Assembly: GCF_006345805.1 (NCBI RefSeq)
Contig: NW_021835516.1
Span: 1-39,793 of the forward strand
Reading direction: 5' to 3'
Origin: Octopus sinensis
Lineage: Eukaryota
Length of the DNA stretch: 39,793 bases
Positions within the stretch are counted from its first letter, which is position 1; each line of letters begins with the position of its first letter. The position numbers and the translations under genes are program-made. The notes beneath the pieces are model-generated. The model worked only from the letters and a program-made list of their open reading frames with translations, was not told where the DNA came from and did no database searches. Of this stretch, positions 34,838 to 39,793 are shown piece after piece.

Positions 34838-35615
34838 TCTAAGGCCTGCAAAATTATGAAGAGGGAAGTTATTCGATTAACTCGATCCCCCACAACTTGA
34901 CTGATTCGTTATTTTATCGAACCTCAAAGGATAAACGGTAAGGTTGATCTCGGCAGGATTTGAACTCAGGTCGTAAAGCATCGGAACAAATGCGCTTAGC
35001 ATTTTATATACTGTAATGAATATATCAGCCCGGAAGGTGGCGAGCTGGCAGAAACGTTAGCTCGCCGGGCGATAATGCTTAGCAATAGTCTGTCTCTACG
35101 TTCTGAGTTCAAATTCCGCCGAGGTCGACTTTGCCTTTCATCTCTTTGGGGTCGATAAATTAAGTACCAGTTACGCACTGAGATCGATGTAATTGACTTA
35201 ATCCCTTTGTCTGTCTTTGTTTCTCCCCTCTATGTTTAGCCCCTTGTGGGCAATAAAGAAATAAGAAACGTTAGCTCGCCGGGCGAAATGCTTAGCTGTA
35301 GTCAGTCTACGTTCTGAGTTCAAATTCTTCCGAGGTCGACCTTGCCTTTCATCGTTTTGGGATCGATAAATTAAGTACTAGTACAAGTCCCAATCGACTG
35401 GCCCCACTCCCTCAAAATGTTGGGTCTTGTGCCTAGGGTAAAAAAAAAAGGAAAGTATATACCAGCTCGTTAAACTGGCACTTGTTTAATCGACCCCAAA
35501 AGGATGAAAGGCAAAGTCGACCTCGGCGAAATGTGAACTCAGAACGCAGCGGCAGACGAAATAACGGTAAACATTTCGTCCAGCGTGCTAACGCCTCTGA
35601 CAGCTCGCCGTTTTC

Positions 35616-35651
<36 letters not shown>

Positions 35652-36750
35652 GGCCAGAAAGTTCGTAGGTGGGGGTCAAGTTGATTATATGGACATCAGT
35701 GCTCAACTGGTGCTTATTTTGTCGACCCAGAAAGGGATGAAAGGCAAAATTGACCAGGCGGAATTTGAACTCAGAACGTAAAGCTAAGCATTTTGCCCGG
35801 CGTGCTTACGATTCTGCCAGCGCGCCCACTTAGTTTACAATTACAATATTAATATTAATCTTTTCTCTCTTTACGTTCTGGGTTCAAATTCTGTCGAGGT
35901 GGACTTTGCCTTTTATCCTTTCGGAATCAATAAAATAAATTTTCCTTGAACATTGGGATCAATGTAATCGAATTAACCCCTCCCCCGAAATTGCTGGCCT
36001 TGTGCCAAAATTTGAAACCAATATTAGTAGTTCCTGACTTTGGCATAGGGTTAAACAGTTTTGCGGGGAAGTGTTAATCGATGACATCAATCCTGGTATT
36101 CGACAGATGTTTTATTTCATTGACTCCTGCGTGTAACAACAATAACAAAAACTGGATTTGTAAATAAAGCAGAAATGTCCTTAACTTGAAACGGAAACCA
36201 CTTCATTATCTCGGTTCATCGGTTGTTTATATCCTGTATCTATTTATCAAAATCTATACATTTAACCACTGGCAATTTAGTGTTTGCGGTCGAACGGATG
36301 ATGCGTAATAGCTGCACACGGCTGTTTCTCTGGGTCAGCTGACCATTGAAATACAATATTAGCTAATGTCACGACAAAGTCATCGTTAAAAGTCAACATC
36401 TTATTGACATACCGATCATTTATCAATCGTTTAAAGGTTGCCTCACTAGATACCCCCGTTCCATTTACATAAGACACTAAAACGTAAACAAATGAATCCG
36501 TAAGTAGGATTATTATAAACTCCAAGATGGCCGTGTTCATAGGGAAACTCTCGAAAGATCGATGGCAGGTGACAAATAACAAAATATTCTTTTCTACTCT
36601 AAGAACAAGGCTCGAAATGTTGGGGGAGGGGGCCAGTCGATTAGATCGACCCTAGTACGCAACTGGTACCTAATTTATCGATCCCAAAGGGGTGAAAGGC
36701 AAAGTCGATCTCGGCGGAATTTGGACTCTGAACGTAAAGACAGACAGACG
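34838..36750. mobile_element. Cluster of about 8 SINE family A copies in mixed orientation
   Basis: Minus 34838-35002; plus 35036-35263 and 35264-35445; minus 35460-35612 and 35648-35828; plus 35866-36022; minus about 36030-36130 (weak) and 36590-36750. Confidence 0.85.
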
Positions 36751-37299
36751 AACAAATAAAATATCGTAATTTTTTGACGATACAAAAATCCTGTTATTTT
36801 ATTTTTTAAATTTTTTGTTTGATAGATCAATTTATTACATCGGCAGAGAAACACGTATTTATGCAAGAAATTTATAATGAAAGAATCTACACCAGTTTAT
36901 AACTGGTATTTTAGTTCATCGACTGTAGAAAGATGAAATAAAGCATTCAAATTATAGAATCATTATCAAGTGTGCTGCAAGCAATAAGGGTCCTAGATAT
37001 CGGTATACATTCGGGGGGGGGGGCAATATTCTGCAAGCACCGCACGCTCTAAGGGATTTTCAAGCGAAGGATGTGGACCAACGTCAAATTTTTTGTTCAA
37101 AGCCACCGTATGCCACCCTGTCAGGGTATCGAAACCATGATTTTACAACCATGTGTCTATCACCCTAACAACTAAACTACGTATCTTCAGAGAATCACGG
37201 AACGATGGATTTAATGGTGGAAGCGATTTCTTTCTGAGTTACGTTATTTTTCCCTCTCCATCTTCTCACAGGGCCAAAACAACAATAACGACGTGCTAT

Positions 37300-37745
37300 C
37301 AGTGACAGGCAAATCTCTCTCAAATCGCACACTATTATAGTAAAGAAGGAAGGTCTACATTGTACAGTATATGCCAGTGTCTCCCGACCTTTTTACAGGG
37401 GTCTCCAATAGTGGTTCCCAACACTTATTTAAAAGAGTTTTTCCATGGATTCATTTTAATATCATATTCTTATATAATACATATATATATATATAAAATA
37501 TATAATATATATATATATATATATAATATTATATGTATATTTATGAAATTTTGAATTTAGTTCACGACCCACCACAGTACTGCTACCTTTGCGGACCGCC
37601 AGAGGTCCGCAGACCCTTGATTGGGACCACTGGTGCATGCATTGATTTTCAAAAAGGCCAGTGTTGTAGGCAGAACACCTTTGATCATAGGTCTGCTTGA
37701 TTCAGGTCTGACCTGGGGCTAAACCACAACGACAGCAACACGAAC
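37300..37745 (+). mobile_element. SINE family C copy split by a hAT MITE
   Basis: ggcaaatctctctcaaatcgcacac...gaaggtctacattg on the left; cctttgatcataggtctgcttgattcagg...acctggggctaaacc on the right. Confidence 0.65.
37375..37632. mobile_element. Non-autonomous hAT (Charlie-like) element
   Basis: Termini CAGTGTCTCCCGACC...TTGGGACCACTG (CAGTG...CACTG); degenerate 8-bp TSD GTATATGC (37367-37374) / GTGCATGC (37633-37640). Confidence 0.7.
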
Positions 37746-39367
37746 GATAACAGCTTATATAACACTGTAACATCATTATAGATCGATATTTAAACTGATT
37801 AACTGTGCACATAGAATTAATCTCGATCGATCCTTTAGGAAAGTAAAACAATGAATACATTCTCTGTTAATTCCGAACTCCTTTCAAATACCAGCAAATT
37901 GTATACGCTGTTAAAATTAAATCCAAGACACGTTCTGTAATTCTGTAATTTATTTTGTAGTTTTCGGCGATTAATTTGCTTAAATTCATTTGCAGAGAAA
38001 ATATTCAATCAGTAGTCAAATTATCGAACACTTTTGATAATCCAATAAACAAATCCAGCAATCCCAATACGAACAAAGGTGGAACCAAATGAAGTTAAGT
38101 CTGCAGTATTTCTCATAGAATTCTTCGAAGTATTTCTCATAGAATTCTTCGTAGTTGAGTCAATGCACCATCTCATGATGGATACTCGCGGCGCGTGATG
38201 AGTTTCACGAAAGAGGTAATATACGGCTTTTGTGCCCAGTCGGTAGGAAACCATTATTAAGTATTAACCAAGTAAATGACGCTGTGGAAATAGCAGAGCA
38301 ACCGATTAAAACGGATTATAATGTACTGTTGTATATCAATCACCAATGTTAACATTGTATGTTGTTAAGATCATTTCTGCTTAGTTAAACGCAAAGGATA
38401 TATAACTAAGAAGCGTGTAGTTGCAGGGAAGTAACCTGTAGTGGTAAAAGTCTGTGGCTGTTTTGAAGACTATATCTAGTCTCATGAGGTGTCGCCACTG
38501 ATTTTTATTGCAAAAATGTGTGCTTGTGTATGTGTGTGTGTGTGTGTTTGTAGGTGGGTGTCTTTTGGGTGCTGGAGGAAGCATTGATGATGTATCTCAT
38601 TCGGTTAACTCCATGATCACTTGGTATCGGCTATTCAATGTTTCTTTGTCGGTGGGATTATGAGCTAAAAATGAGCTAAAAACGAAGGGGATTACAGAAC
38701 GACGAAATATGGTAATGTAAGCGATTACAGGGTCAGAAATTTCTCAGAAAATATCTCAAAGAAATATCTCATACTGGACACGATAGCCAGAACTGATACA
38801 GACACACTCAAAAGCACACGTTCTATTTTATAAATTCGTATAAGCGCGCACGCACACACACACACACAAACATAGTGGACTCTTCCGTCGGCTTCGACGC
38901 TTGAGGATCCTACAACCGATATTATTGCTGATAGGCTACCCACACAGGTGAATTGTTTTCTATGGTGAAGGCTTGTGTAAGATCCTAACCCTAACTCATT
39001 CTTTTGGGAAACACCGATAACAGACAATTATTCAAATGTTTGCCATAAACACCATGACCAACCATTGTTTCAAACCTTGAATTTGTCGTGGATTTTGCTA
39101 GTTCTGCTGGATAAAAAACAAAACTTCTTATCGACTAATCACGTTGACATTCTGGAAAAAGGTCAGACATTTTATCGTTGTTTCTTCATCGATTCTTTTC
39201 TCTCTTCTCTCAGTGAAGAAAGTTAACGTAGACGTAGAAGTATTGCACCTTTATTGTCATCCTTCGTAGACTGTTCGGCAACGTTATTTGTGTGTGTGTG
39301 TGTGTGGTGTGTGTATGTGTCTGTGTGTCTGTGTGTGTGTGCGTAAGTACGTGTGTATCTCTCTCTC

Positions 39368-39750
39368 TTATCCGTTCAGTCGAAGTCGACTCTCGGTTAT
39401 CCTGGGTCGCTTCTTTCAGATTGGCTATGGCCATTCCCGTGTAACTCTTTATGGTATCAAGCCAGCGGATTCTAGGTTGGCCTCTTCCTCTCTTGCCACT
39501 GACCATTCTGAGCATGATGTCCTTCTCCAGGGATTTCTCCGTATAACATGACCAAAATATGCCAATCTATGCTTGGTGATCCTAGCTTCCAGCAATAGTT
39601 TCGGCTTGATCTGGCTAAGAACTTCTCCATTGGTGAGTCTCGCTGACCATGGTATCCGCAAAAATCTTCTTCAACACCAAAGCTCGAATGAATTAATTCT
39701 CTTCTGGTCAGCTTTCTTTAGTATCCAGGTCTCGCATCCATATGTTGCTA
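39368..39750 (-). mobile_element. 5'-truncated RTE (BovB-like) LINE 3' end, disrupted
   Basis: Minus strand: ATYGCETWILKKADQKRINSFELWC*RRFLRIPWSARLTNGEVL...YFGHVIR/(fs)LEKDIML.MVSGKRGRGQPRIRWLDTIK...ESRLRLNG*, matching BovB-type YGCESW..KK...I.AFELWCWRR.LR.PW. Confidence 0.92.
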
Positions 39751-39793
39751 TATGTTGCTTGTGTATACATATATACAATTAATGTAGGCAGCG

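Noticed and set aside
28558-34842. Poly-I, -D, -M, -P, -H, -T, -G, -S and -N ORFs
   Set aside because: Stop-free frames of trinucleotide tracts open on both strands; no unique domains or splice context.
38021-38254. 77-aa ORF with an NTS sequon and a short hydrophobic end as a GPCR N-terminus
   Set aside because: Hydrophobic stretch too short, no GN motif, ends in a stop without a clear donor.

Overview
Eukaryotic, very AT-rich genomic DNA dominated by microsatellites and transposon debris. The SINE families and (TA)n/(CA)n density point to a coleoid cephalopod, most likely Octopus (inference, no database search). Only one host gene is supportable: the large last coding exon (TM3 to C-terminus, 23106-24437, minus strand) of a rhodopsin-like class A GPCR. 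Its TM1-TM2 exon(s) were not found, so 24438-39793 is probably largely intron. Mobile elements: a full-length decayed DD34D mariner (1286 bp), a full-length decayed DD41D (rosa/Visitor-type) Tc1/mariner, a young-looking CR1 3' end, an RTE/BovB-like 3' end, an RLE-type LINE C-terminal fragment, Penelope-like remnants, a hAT MITE nested in a SINE, and about 30 copies or fragments of four SINE families. Most interesting observations: (i) a nearly complete minimal type I hammerhead ribozyme at 11452-11488 plus two decayed relatives; (ii) four long foldback palindromes, including a 109-nt near-perfect hairpin at 33435-33543; (iii) head-to-tail SINE multimers whose exact junctions recur at separate loci, suggesting a multimeric or circular RNA template; (iv) a GPCR TM6 lacking the CWxP motif. 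Almost all ORFs in the supplied track are microsatellite or antisense artefacts. No CRISPR array, rRNA or true tRNA gene is seen. All alignments were done by eye.
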